This document shows, in pieces, positions 35,248-44,032 of a stretch of 64,000 nt of DNA (positions within the stretch are counted from its first letter, which is position 1; each line of letters begins with the position of its first letter). The stretch spans positions 881-64,880 of the forward strand of contig JBDTRB010000006.1 in NCBI GenBank assembly GCA_039931865.1, in the 5' to 3' direction. The DNA comes from Acidobacteriota bacterium (lineage in GTDB: Bacteria; Acidobacteriota; Thermoanaerobaculia; UBA5066; Gp7-AA6). The position numbers and the translations under genes are program-made. Under the pieces are notes generated by a model. It searched no databases. It saw only the letters and a list, made by a program, of their open reading frames with translations, and was not told the DNA's origin.

Positions 35248-36594
35248 TTGAAGCAGAAGCGCGGCAATCGCCGCGCCCGGGCCCGCGCAGCCGCCGCCGG
35301 GGTCAAATCGAAGGCGCTTTTCCGCCGTGCGACAGCCCTGATGCCCGGCGGCGTCAGCTCTCCCGTACGCTCCTTCGCGTCCGTCGGCGGCGAGCCTTTC
35401 TTCGCCGCCTCCGGCCGGGGAGCGCGCCTGCGGGACGCGGACGGCCGCTCCTACATCGACTATGTCCAGTCCTACGGGCCGCACCTCTTCGGGCACGCTC
35501 CGCTCTTCGTCCGGAACGCGCTTTCGCGCGCGATCCGGCGAGGGACTTCGTTCGGCGCGCCGACCGAGCTCGAGGTGCGCCTCGCGGGCCGCGTCGCCGC
35601 GATGGTTCCGTCGGTCGAGATGGTGCGGTTCGTCAGCTCCGGGACCGAAGCGACGATGACCGCGATCCGACTCGCGCGCGCGGCCACGGGACGAGCCCGG
35701 ATCGTGAAGACGGACGGGGGATACCACGGCCATGGCGACGCCTTTCTCGTCGCCGCCGGCTCCGGCGTTGCGACCCTCGGCATCGCGGGAAGCCCCGGAG
35801 TTCCGGACTCTCTCGCCGCGCTGACGACGGTCGTGCCCTACAACGATGCCGGCGCACTCGCCGCGGCGTTCGACCGCTTCCCGGGCGAGATCGCCGCGTT
35901 CATCGTCGAGCCGCTCGCGGCGAACATGGGCGTCGTGCGGCCCCGACCCGGATATCTCGAGGCGGTCCGCGCCCTGACGCGCGAGCGCGGTGCGCTGCTC
36001 GTGTTCGACGAGGTGATCAGCGGCTTTCGCCTCGGTCCGGGCGGCGCCCAGGAGCGCTTCGGCGTCCTCCCGGATCTGACGACGCTCGGGAAGATCCTGG
36101 GCGGCGGACTGCCCGTGGGCGCGTACGGCGGCCCGCGCGAGCTCATGTCCAGGATGGCGCCCGCCGGCCCCGTGTACCAGGCGGGCACTCTCTCGGGCAA
36201 TCCGCTCGCGATGGAGGCGGGTCTCGCGATGCTCGGAGAGATCGCGCGGCGCCCGCCATATGAAATGCTCGAACGCCTCGGCGCGTTTCTCGAGGAGAGC
36301 GTGCGCGAGGCGATCAACGCCGCCGGAGTGTCCGACCGCGTGAGCTATCAGAGGGTCGCCTCCCTCTCGACATTGTTCTTCGCGCCGGGAGAGCTTCACG
36401 ACTTCGCCGCGGCAAAGCGGAGCGACATCGCGCGCTACGCGGTGTTCTTCCACGCGATGCGCGAGCGCGGGATCTTTCTCCCGCCCGCGCAGTACGAAGC
36501 GTGGTTTCTCTCGGCGGCGCACACGGAAGCCGACGTGCGTCGGACGGGCCGCATGGTCCGGGAGAGTCTGGACGCGGCGTTTTCCGGGGCCTGA
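35248..36594 (+). CDS. hemL: glutamate-1-semialdehyde 2,1-aminomutase
   Basis: MPGGVSSPVRSF, FDEVISGFR, and TLGKILGGGLPVGAYGG (PLP Lys). TTG start. Confidence 0.9.
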   Translation: MKQKRGNRRARARAAAAGVKSKALFRRATALMPGGVSSPVRSFASVGGEPFFAASGRGARLRDADGRSYIDYVQSYGPHLFGHAPLFVRNALSRAIRRGTSFGAPTELEVRLAGRVAAMVPSVEMVRFVSSGTEATMTAIRLARAATGRARIVKTDGGYHGHGDAFLVAAGSGVATLGIAGSPGVPDSLAALTTVVPYNDAGALAAAFDRFPGEIAAFIVEPLAANMGVVRPRPGYLEAVRALTRERGALLVFDEVISGFRLGPGGAQERFGVLPDLTTLGKILGGGLPVGAYGGPRELMSRMAPAGPVYQAGTLSGNPLAMEAGLAMLGEIARRPPYEMLERLGAFLEESVREAINAAGVSDRVSYQRVASLSTLFFAPGELHDFAAAKRSDIARYAVFFHAMRERGIFLPPAQYEAWFLSAAHTEADVRRTGRMVRESLDAAFSGA

Positions 36595-36597
36595 CGA

Positions 36598-38307
36598 CTA
36601 CCCGGGCGCGTCATAGCCGCGAAACCGCTCGTGGCGCTCGCGGCGGATCTCCGTCGTCTCGGCCTCGACCCAGGGCACAGGAAACCCGAGGTGCCGGAGC
36701 ATCCGGCTCGAAATCTCGAGCGAGGTTTCGAACTCCTCCGCGACGACCTCGTCGGCCCCGAGCGCGGCGAGCTCCGGGATTTCCGTCAGGTACCGCGTGC
36801 GGGCGATCAGGAACACCCGAGGCGCGAGCGACCGGCACAGGCGGACCGCGCGACGCGTCGCCCGCGGGTCCGAGAGCAGCACGAGGGCAGCGCGCGCCTT
36901 TTCGATGCCGCAGTGGCGCAGAACGCGGTCGTTCGCGGCGTCTCCGTATTCGATCGCCAGACCCTTGCCACGGGCGCGGGCGACCCGCTCGGGGTTCAGC
37001 TCCAGGATCCGGAACGGAATCTCCGACCGCCCGAGGACTCGCGCGAGCGTCTCTCCGGTATGCCCGAATCCCAGGATCACGACGTGCCCCTCGCCGGGAG
37101 CGGCGCCCGGTAACGCCGCCGCCGCGTCCGGCCTCCCGCGCTCGCCTCCCGCAAGGTTGAAAGCAACCCGGTGGCTCGCCTCGAAGAGGAACGGCGTCGC
37201 GATCATCGAAGCGATCGCCGCGGCGAGGATCGCCTGGTATTCGGTGGCGTCGATTCCGCCGGCGAGACGCGCCTCGGACAGGAGCACGAACGAGAACTCG
37301 CCGATCTGCGCCAGCGAGATTCCCACAACGAGCGCGACGCGGGGACCGTAGCCGAGGAAAAGGACGGGGAGAGCCCCGAACACCGCCTTCACCACGAGAA
37401 CGAAAGCCAGGACGAAGAGGACGGCCAGCGGGTTCGTCAGGAGCACGCGCGGGTTGAAGAGCATCCCGACGGAGACGAAGAAGAGCGCGCTGAACGCGTC
37501 GCGAAAGGGCGCGATGTCGGCCACCGCCTGATGGCCGAACTCCGATTCGGAGACGACGAGCCCGGCGAGAAAGGCGCCGAGAGCGAGCGACAGGCCGGCG
37601 GCGGAGGTGCCGAGCGCGGTCCCGAAAACGAGCAGGAGGACTGCGAGCGTGAAGAGCTCCTTCTGGCGCGTCCGGACCATGGCGGCGAGGAGGCGCGGCA
37701 CGATCTGGCGCGCCGCGAAGGCGATGACCGCGACGGTCGCGGCGGCCTTGGCGAGCGCGAGCGCGAGCGCCCCGGTGTCGACGTGCCCGCTGGACGAAAG
37801 AGGCGCGATGAGCAGCATCATCGGCACCACCATCAGGTCGCCGAAGACGTTGATGCCAACTAAGAACCGCCCGTGCGGCGAGTCCGTTTCGCCGCGGTCC
37901 ATCAGGAGCTTGAGCAGGATGACCGTCGTGCACGTCGTGACCAGAAACCCGAGGAGAATGCCGTGCGCGAGGGAGTCTCCGCGCCACATTGCGAGGCCGG
38001 CCGCGATCGCAATCACTCCAAAGAACTGAATCGGGCCGGCGATCGCGACGATGCGGCCCAGACGCCGGACGCTCGAAAGCGAGAGATCGAGCCCCACGGT
38101 GAAGAGGAGGAGCACGACCCCGATCTCGGCAAGAGTCTCGACCACGTGCACGTCGCGGACGAGCGCCAGGCCATAGGGGCCGACGAGAACTCCCGCGGCC
38201 AGAAATCCCACCAGAGGCGGCTGGCGCAGGCGCTGGACGAGCCATGCCGCGGCGAGCGCCGCGAGCAGGATGAGCGAGATCGGTCCCAGGAAGGCCGGGC
38301 TCGGCAT
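36598..38307 (-). CDS. CPA2-family cation:proton antiporter with C-terminal RCK/TrkA-N domain
   Basis: KefB-like N-terminus PPLVGFLAAGVLVGPYGL...AEIGVVLLLFTVGLDLS. C-terminal HVVILGFGHTGETLA Rossmann motif. Start at MPSPAFLG (38307). Confidence 0.85.
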   Translation of the reverse strand: MPSPAFLGPISLILLAALAAAWLVQRLRQPPLVGFLAAGVLVGPYGLALVRDVHVVETLAEIGVVLLLFTVGLDLSLSSVRRLGRIVAIAGPIQFFGVIAIAAGLAMWRGDSLAHGILLGFLVTTCTTVILLKLLMDRGETDSPHGRFLVGINVFGDLMVVPMMLLIAPLSSSGHVDTGALALALAKAAATVAVIAFAARQIVPRLLAAMVRTRQKELFTLAVLLLVFGTALGTSAAGLSLALGAFLAGLVVSESEFGHQAVADIAPFRDAFSALFFVSVGMLFNPRVLLTNPLAVLFVLAFVLVVKAVFGALPVLFLGYGPRVALVVGISLAQIGEFSFVLLSEARLAGGIDATEYQAILAAAIASMIATPFLFEASHRVAFNLAGGERGRPDAAAALPGAAPGEGHVVILGFGHTGETLARVLGRSEIPFRILELNPERVARARGKGLAIEYGDAANDRVLRHCGIEKARAALVLLSDPRATRRAVRLCRSLAPRVFLIARTRYLTEIPELAALGADEVVAEEFETSLEISSRMLRHLGFPVPWVEAETTEIRRERHERFRGYDAPG

Positions 38308-38334
38308 GCCGCGACTGTACAAGAGGGGCGTTCC

Positions 38335-38373
38335 CCTTTCCCTCTCACCGCGCCCGAGGGAAAGGTTGAGGGG
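38335..38373. repeat. REP-like hairpin with G-rich tail
   Basis: CCTTTCCCTC, an 11-nt loop, GAGGGAAAGG, then TTGAGGGG. Lies in the divergent intergenic region. Same architecture as the element at 45180..45216. Confidence 0.4.
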
Positions 38374-38462
38374 TCCGGCTCCTTCCCTCGTTCGCACATA
38401 CGGGCAACTCGAGACGCCACGTCTGGACCGGATCCCGCCGACGTTGGTATAGCCTGACCCGC

Positions 38463-40025
38463 ATGGCGATCAACACCGTCCCGGCCTCCGAGAAGCAGTG
38501 GCTCGGGCACCCGCGCGGCCTCTCGACCCTCTTCTTCACGGAGATGTGGGAGCGGTTCAGCTACTACGGAATGCGGGGTCTCCTGATCCTCTTCCTGGTC
38601 GCTTCCGTCCAGACGGGGGGCTTCGGTCTCACCGACCGGTCGGCCGCCGCGATCTACGGCCTCTACACCGGCTTCGTGTACCTGATGGCGTTGCCCGGCG
38701 GGTGGATCGCGGACCGGATCCTCGGTCAGCGCAACGCCGTCTTTCTCGGGGGCTGCATCATCGCGGCGGGTCACTTCTCCATGGCGATTCCGAGCGTGCC
38801 GACGTTCTACGGCGGCCTGGTGCTGATCGTTCTCGGTACGGGTCTTTTGAAACCGAACGTCAGCGCGATGGTCGGAGACCTGTATCCCGTCGGGAGCGCC
38901 CGGCGCGATGCGGGCTTCTCCGTGTTCTATTCGGGGATCAATCTCGGCGCGCTTCTCGGCCCGCTCGTCTGCGGGTACCTCGGCGAGAGGGTGAACTGGC
39001 ACCTCGGGTTCTCCGCCGCCGGCATCGGAATGGTCCTCGGGCTTATCCAGTACCGGTTCGGCGCGAAGTACCTCGGAACGGCAGGACTCCGCCGGCCGGA
39101 GGAATCGACGATCATTGCGGACCGCGGCGCCCGCCGGAGCCTCGCGATCGGAGCCGCCGTCGTTTTCGCGGTGATCGTGCTCTTCGCGGCCCTCCACATG
39201 GCCGGGATGATCCGCCTGGACCTCTACGGCGTCGCCAAGGGCACCGGCTATTTCATGCTCGGCCTGGCAATCCTCTATTTTTCCTCGCTCCTGCTGTTCG
39301 CCAAGATCACCGCCGCCGAGAAAAAGCGCATCGCGGTGATTTTCGTCTTCTTCATGGCGGCGGTCCTCTTCTGGGCCGGATTCGAGCAGGCGGGCTCGTC
39401 GCTCAACCTGTTCAGCGACCGGCTCATGAACCGCGACCTGTTCGGAACGACCATACCGACGTCCTGGTTTCAGTCGGTTAATTCGATTTTCCTGATCGCT
39501 CTCGCGCCGGTGTTCGGGGCGCTCTGGGTCAAGCTCGGCCGCCGTCAGCCCTCGACCGCCGCGAAGATGGGCGTCGGCCTGCTGTTCCTGGCGGGGGGAT
39601 TCGTCGTTCTCGCCATCGGCGCGTCATACGCGGTCGGCGGCGTGAAGGTCAGCATGATGTGGATGATCATGACCTACCTGCTCCACACGGCAGGGGAGCT
39701 CTGCCTCTCGCCGGTCGGTCTCTCGAGCGTCACGAAGCTCGCTCCCAAGAAGTTGTCCGGGCAGCTGATGGGGACGTGGTTCATGGGAACCGCGCTCGGG
39801 AACCTGATCGCCGGACTCGCCGCCGGCGGCTTCGAGGGCATGGGCGTTTCGGAGCTGTTCGGCGCGGTGGCGAAAGTCACAGGCGTCGCCGGCGTGATCC
39901 TGCTCCTCTTCGCGCGTCCGATCCGAAAGCTCGTGGGAGGCGCCGAGGACACGCTCGACGAAAGCGCGCTGCCTGAGAAAGCCATCGACCTCCGGGAAGG
40001 CGCGATGACCCGCGCGAAGCCCTGA
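38463..40025 (+). CDS. POT/PTR2-family proton-dependent oligopeptide transporter
   Basis: GHPRGLSTLFFTEMWERFSYYGMRGLLILFL, which is the ExxERFxYYG motif. 520 aa and polytopic. Confidence 0.9.
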   Translation: MAINTVPASEKQWLGHPRGLSTLFFTEMWERFSYYGMRGLLILFLVASVQTGGFGLTDRSAAAIYGLYTGFVYLMALPGGWIADRILGQRNAVFLGGCIIAAGHFSMAIPSVPTFYGGLVLIVLGTGLLKPNVSAMVGDLYPVGSARRDAGFSVFYSGINLGALLGPLVCGYLGERVNWHLGFSAAGIGMVLGLIQYRFGAKYLGTAGLRRPEESTIIADRGARRSLAIGAAVVFAVIVLFAALHMAGMIRLDLYGVAKGTGYFMLGLAILYFSSLLLFAKITAAEKKRIAVIFVFFMAAVLFWAGFEQAGSSLNLFSDRLMNRDLFGTTIPTSWFQSVNSIFLIALAPVFGALWVKLGRRQPSTAAKMGVGLLFLAGGFVVLAIGASYAVGGVKVSMMWMIMTYLLHTAGELCLSPVGLSSVTKLAPKKLSGQLMGTWFMGTALGNLIAGLAAGGFEGMGVSELFGAVAKVTGVAGVILLLFARPIRKLVGGAEDTLDESALPEKAIDLREGAMTRAKP

Positions 40026-40041
40026 TTCCGCCGGGCGGCCG

Positions 40042-40791
40042 CTAGAACTTCGCGACGAGCGCCGCCGACGTGATCGTGTCCGTCTTCTTCTTTCCCGGCA
40101 CGGGCTCGTTCAGCGTGAGCCACGCGTAGGAGAGCTTCACCGATAGAACGGTCGTGACACCCGCGCCGAGCGAGACCTTGTTGGAGAATCGCCAGTCTTT
40201 CGAGTCGCTCAAGTCCTCGACGAAGGAGGCCTCGTCGGAAAACTCGCTCGTCTTGGAGAGCTTCCATCGGTAGTCGAGGCCGGCGCGGGCCGTCGCAAAG
40301 TCGCGGGTCTCGGTTCCCGAAAAGGCGGGCAGGATCCGGCGCTCGCTCGTGTATCCGAGGCCGCCTTCGACCTTGAGCGAGTGGGGATCCGCGGACAAAA
40401 ACTGCCACGCGGCGCCCGCTTCTCCGGCCCACTGCGAATCGATTCCCGCGAAGCGGTTCTCGCGATACGTCCCGAGCCCGTAAACCTCGAGGCGCGGGGA
40501 AAGCTTCCGCGCGGCGCGCAGGAGGCCGTCGAACGTCCTCGCGGTTTCGACGCCGTCGCTTGCGCTCCGGATGAACGCGAGGGAGGCCTTGTAGTTCCAG
40601 ACGCCGGGCGCGTAGAGGACCTCCCCCGCGGCACCGAGCGTCTTCGCGTCGGAGTTGCCGGACGTCGCGACGTAAGACGCTTCCGCCTTTCCCGACCAGA
40701 CGGGGGGAGGCTTGGGCGGATCGTCTGCGCGCGCGGCGCGCGCGGCCAGCAGAATGAGGCAGAGCAAACCGATCCGCGTGCTTCGCGACAT
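40042..40791 (-). CDS. DUF481-family outer membrane beta-barrel protein
   Basis: Signal peptide MSRSTRIGLLCLILLAARAARA, alternating beta-strand pattern, and a C-terminal ...AALVAKF. AGGAGG lies 6 nt upstream of the ATG at 40791. Confidence 0.7.
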   Translation of the reverse strand: MSRSTRIGLLCLILLAARAARADDPPKPPPVWSGKAEASYVATSGNSDAKTLGAAGEVLYAPGVWNYKASLAFIRSASDGVETARTFDGLLRAARKLSPRLEVYGLGTYRENRFAGIDSQWAGEAGAAWQFLSADPHSLKVEGGLGYTSERRILPAFSGTETRDFATARAGLDYRWKLSKTSEFSDEASFVEDLSDSKDWRFSNKVSLGAGVTTVLSVKLSYAWLTLNEPVPGKKKTDTITSAALVAKF

Positions 40792-40864
40792 GGTGGTCCT
40801 CCTGCGGCGGGGCGACATTGCGAGGCGGCGTTGCACGATCCGGGCCCGGCCCCTGCCGACCCGC

Positions 40865-41941
40865 TCAGGCCGTCGGGCGGGCAGGAGAGTCGAGAGCGCG
40901 TTCCGACGCGTTGAGCAGTCGGCCGGCAAATGGCCGCACCGCCGCTCCGAGGGCGCTGCCTCGCGCGCGTCCCCGGGAGATGTCACGCCACCGCAGCCCC
41001 TGTTCCAGGCAGAGCGCCGTTCCCGCGAAGATCCAGACGACGTCGCCGACGCCCGCCATGTCGCCCGCGAACGCCGCGAGAGATGCCAGCACGTTCAATG
41101 CCCCGACGGCGAAGAGGAGGCCAGCCGTGATGCGGCCCCATTTGCGCCAGGCGAAATCGTAGCGGCGCTCGAGGCGCTGCTGGTCCGACCGAGGCAGAAG
41201 GGACAGCACGGGCTCCATCAACCCGAAGAGGTCCTGATCCGTGAGGCCCGCGCGGGGAGAGCCGTCCGCTCCCGGCGCGGCAATTTTCTTTCCACGCAGC
41301 GCGAGGACCCCCCGATAAAAAAGAGTCCCGATGACGGAGCCCATCGGCTGACTGCCAATCCAGGCGCTCCCGATCCGGACGGCCGATTCGGCGGCGAAGA
41401 AGACCGAGAGAAGGAGCGGTGGCGCGAGCGGGAACGGAGCCGCACCGAAAACGCCCACGATGTGCGACAGGAGTCCCAGAATCCCGAGCGCGAAGATCGG
41501 AAGTGCGGAGATCACCGTCATCGCAACCGCCGGCGCGCCGATCTCCGACTCGAGGCGCTCCTGGACCGGCCCGGGCAGGTGCCCGATCAGCGGCGAAAAC
41601 AGGATCGCGAGACGCCGCTCGCGGACGGAATCCGTTCGGCGGACGCGCTCGGTCCTCCGCGCGGCTTCGCTCGATGCGTCGTAGCTCTCGATGGTGCGGA
41701 TCGCGTGGCGCTCCTGCCACTCCGCGAGCCGGTAGCGGACGCCTCCCGTCGCGAGAGGACTGGCTTCCACGACCTCGTAGACTGCGCCATGCCATCGGAC
41801 CGCGGTGCCCGGGTGTTCGGCGCGCGTCTGGGAGCCCCTCGCCTGCCCGGTCCAGCCCTTGGACATCGCGCACGTGAGAGCGATCGAGCCGTCGGGGAAC
41901 GGCTCGGCGACGTCGCTGCCGAACGCGGAGCGGGAATCCAT
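40865..41941 (-). CDS. hypothetical membrane protein
   Basis: Soluble N-terminal domain of about 110 aa (WHGAVYEVVEASPLATGGVRYRLAEWQ), then several hydrophobic helices. Start taken at MDSRSAF (41941). No recognised family. Confidence 0.5.
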   Translation of the reverse strand: MDSRSAFGSDVAEPFPDGSIALTCAMSKGWTGQARGSQTRAEHPGTAVRWHGAVYEVVEASPLATGGVRYRLAEWQERHAIRTIESYDASSEAARRTERVRRTDSVRERRLAILFSPLIGHLPGPVQERLESEIGAPAVAMTVISALPIFALGILGLLSHIVGVFGAAPFPLAPPLLLSVFFAAESAVRIGSAWIGSQPMGSVIGTLFYRGVLALRGKKIAAPGADGSPRAGLTDQDLFGLMEPVLSLLPRSDQQRLERRYDFAWRKWGRITAGLLFAVGALNVLASLAAFAGDMAGVGDVVWIFAGTALCLEQGLRWRDISRGRARGSALGAAVRPFAGRLLNASERALDSPARPTA

Positions 41942-42035
41942 GAGGGGAGTGGATCGAGGGTAGCAGAACCTTCCAGGCGGCGGTGGCGCAAAACCTTTCA
42001 GGCGCGGTGGCGCACGTCGTGCTTCGACCGGCGGC

Positions 42036-42674
42036 ATGGTGAGGGGCACGATCGAATCCGCCGCGCCGCTGATACCGCCGCGGGCCACGCTTCCGAGATT
42101 GCGCGAGGCGGCGGCTGCCTGCAGCGCGTGCGACCTGTGGCGGCGTGGGACGCAGACCGTGTTCGGCGAGGGCGCACGCTCGGCTCGGCTCGTCCTGGTC
42201 GGCGAACAGCCGGGAGACCGCGAGGACCTCGAGGGCCGCCCTTTCGTCGGCCCGTCGGGTCAGCTTCTGGACGAAGCGCTGGAGGAGGCGGGCATCGAAA
42301 GAAGACTCGCCTGCGTTACCAACGCCGTCAAACATTTCAAGTGGGAGCCGCGTGGAAAGAGACCCATTCACCAGAAGCCGAACGACGTCGAGATCGCCGC
42401 CTGCCGCCCATGGCTGGACGCGGAGCTCGCGGTCCTGCGGCCCGACGTGCTCGTCTGTCTCGGCGCAACGGCCGCGCAGGCTCTACTGGGGCGAACCTTT
42501 CGTGTGACAAAAAGCCGCGGCTCGTTGATCGCGTCGCCGCTGGCAAAACATGTCATCGCGACCGTACATCCCTCGTCGATCCTGCGCGCACCCGATGAAG
42601 CCGCCCGCCGCCGGGAGCGCGAGATGTTCGTGGCGGACCTGAAGTTCGCGGCGCGATATCTCGGGCGCGGGTGA
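42036..42674 (+). CDS. family 4 uracil-DNA glycosylase, UdgX-like
   Basis: CSACDLW Fe-S ligands, motif A GEQPGDRED (aa 56-60), PFVGPSG, an inserted loop GKRPIH (aa 107-112), and motif B ATVHPSSILR. Confidence 0.8.
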   Translation: MVRGTIESAAPLIPPRATLPRLREAAAACSACDLWRRGTQTVFGEGARSARLVLVGEQPGDREDLEGRPFVGPSGQLLDEALEEAGIERRLACVTNAVKHFKWEPRGKRPIHQKPNDVEIAACRPWLDAELAVLRPDVLVCLGATAAQALLGRTFRVTKSRGSLIASPLAKHVIATVHPSSILRAPDEAARRREREMFVADLKFAARYLGRG

Positions 42675-42984
42675 ACGGAGTTCGGGCGGCTTTTCCCTCC
42701 GCGAAACTGCTAACATTTCGGCGGAGGTTCTCTGACACCCGCCATCGAGCTGCAGCAGGGTCTCGCGCAGGAGCGCTGGCGAAAAGCGGTCGATACGCTT
42801 TGGAGGGAAGTCCTCTACTACCGCCGCGCCCGACTGGCCGACCGCGAGCGGGAACGCGCCGGGCGCCGCCTCCGCAATCTCCGCCGAATCGTCCGACGCG
42901 CGCTCTCGGAATACCACCGGCTCCAGCTCCAGGCCTCATCGGACGACACGTCTCGCACCTGACCTTCGGCTCGCCGGAGACAAG

Positions 42985-43422
42985 ATGACCGACGATCGGT
43001 CCGAGGCGCCGGTCGCAGGCGGAGAGCAGCGTCCGACTCCTTCCTGGAAACAGGTCGCCTGGGTTCCCGGTGCCTTCGCCGTCTGCCGGTTTCCGCCGGA
43101 CGCGCCGCTCCCGGCGATTCCGCGGGAGACCGCGCTCTATTCCGCCACTCGGACCGACCGCGAGCTCTCAGTCGTGTGCGAGGAGGCGGCCGCACCGCAT
43201 GGCGCGGTGTGCGAACGTGGCTGGCGGGCGCTGCGCCTCAAGGGACCGATTCCGTTCGAGGTGACGGGGGTGCTCGCCGCGCTCTCGGCGCCGCTCGCGC
43301 GGGCCGGTCTCTCGATCTTCGTTCTCTCGACCTACGACACCGACTACCTGCTCGTGCGGAGCGCCGACGCGGGCGCGGTGCGCGCCGCGCTCGAGAAGGA
43401 CGGATTCACGCTGGAGCGCTAG
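42985..43422 (+). CDS. ACT-domain-containing protein
   Basis: 145 aa with ...WRALRLKGPIPFEVTGVLAALSAPLARAGLSIFVLSTYDTDYLLV..., typical of ACT_7-type small regulators. Confidence 0.6.
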   Translation: MTDDRSEAPVAGGEQRPTPSWKQVAWVPGAFAVCRFPPDAPLPAIPRETALYSATRTDRELSVVCEEAAAPHGAVCERGWRALRLKGPIPFEVTGVLAALSAPLARAGLSIFVLSTYDTDYLLVRSADAGAVRAALEKDGFTLER

Positions 43423-43601
43423 AGAGAACGGATCTTTCCTTCCCGCTTCCCGCTTCCCACCCATTCGAGACACGCCCTGGCGTACGAACGACGGGCTATT
43501 CGCGGAAGCTTTCCCGTCCAAAGGCCTGCCATACCGCGTTCGCGGCCGCGAGAAGCTTTGCCAGGCCGCCGTCCCTGTCCGCGGATTCTTTGAATTTCGG
43601 G

Positions 43602-43847
43602 TCAGAGTGATAGCGGCAGAGATCGGAACAGCGACTGAAGGCCGTTGAGGACTGGCGGGCCGTCCAGCCCGGCCCCCGGAAGTCCGCGGGTTCCGTTGAC
43701 GGAGGACAGGATTCGGCGCGCGTCGTCGGCCGTCGTCAGCACCCCGACGAGCCGGCCCTGCGCGTCCATCACCATGCGCGGGTCCGTGCGGTCGCTGGTC
43801 CAGGGCTCGGGCGAGTGCGCCCGGGGCGGAGCAGGCTCTGAGGCCAT
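43602..43847 (-). CDS. small hypothetical protein
   Basis: 81 aa (MASEPAPPRAHSPEPWTSDRTDPRMVMDAQGRLVGVL...). AAGGAGG lies 6 nt upstream of the ATG at 43847. Confidence 0.45.
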   Translation of the reverse strand: MASEPAPPRAHSPEPWTSDRTDPRMVMDAQGRLVGVLTTADDARRILSSVNGTRGLPGAGLDGPPVLNGLQSLFRSLPLSL

Positions 43848-44032
43848 CGGGATCCTCCTTGGTGTCGTTGCGGTGTCTGCGCGTGTGGGTGTGGGTGTGG
43901 ATCGTCGGTTCCAGTATGGGGCAAACCAAGCGCGGGTTTGGCTACCGACGTTCAGAGAGAAGCGAGTCACGACCAAGAGTCGGCCGGACGGCCGAGCGGG
44001 CCAGCGGCGGCGTCCGGGGTGAACGCCCGGGG

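Noticed and set aside
31455-36522. Series of 600+ aa minus-strand ORFs (31455..33347, 33366..35306, 34600..36522)
   Set aside because: All lie antisense to the hemA-hemC-hemD-hemB-hemL operon, whose products are unambiguous. The ORFs are Arg/Pro/Ser/Gly-rich.
42671-42988. 105-aa plus-strand track ORF in the UDG/ACT gap
   Set aside because: Its frame has many A/T-ending codons and an Arg/Pro/Gly/Ser-rich product. The period-3 signal belongs to a different plus frame or to the minus-strand ORF, as discussed in the findings.
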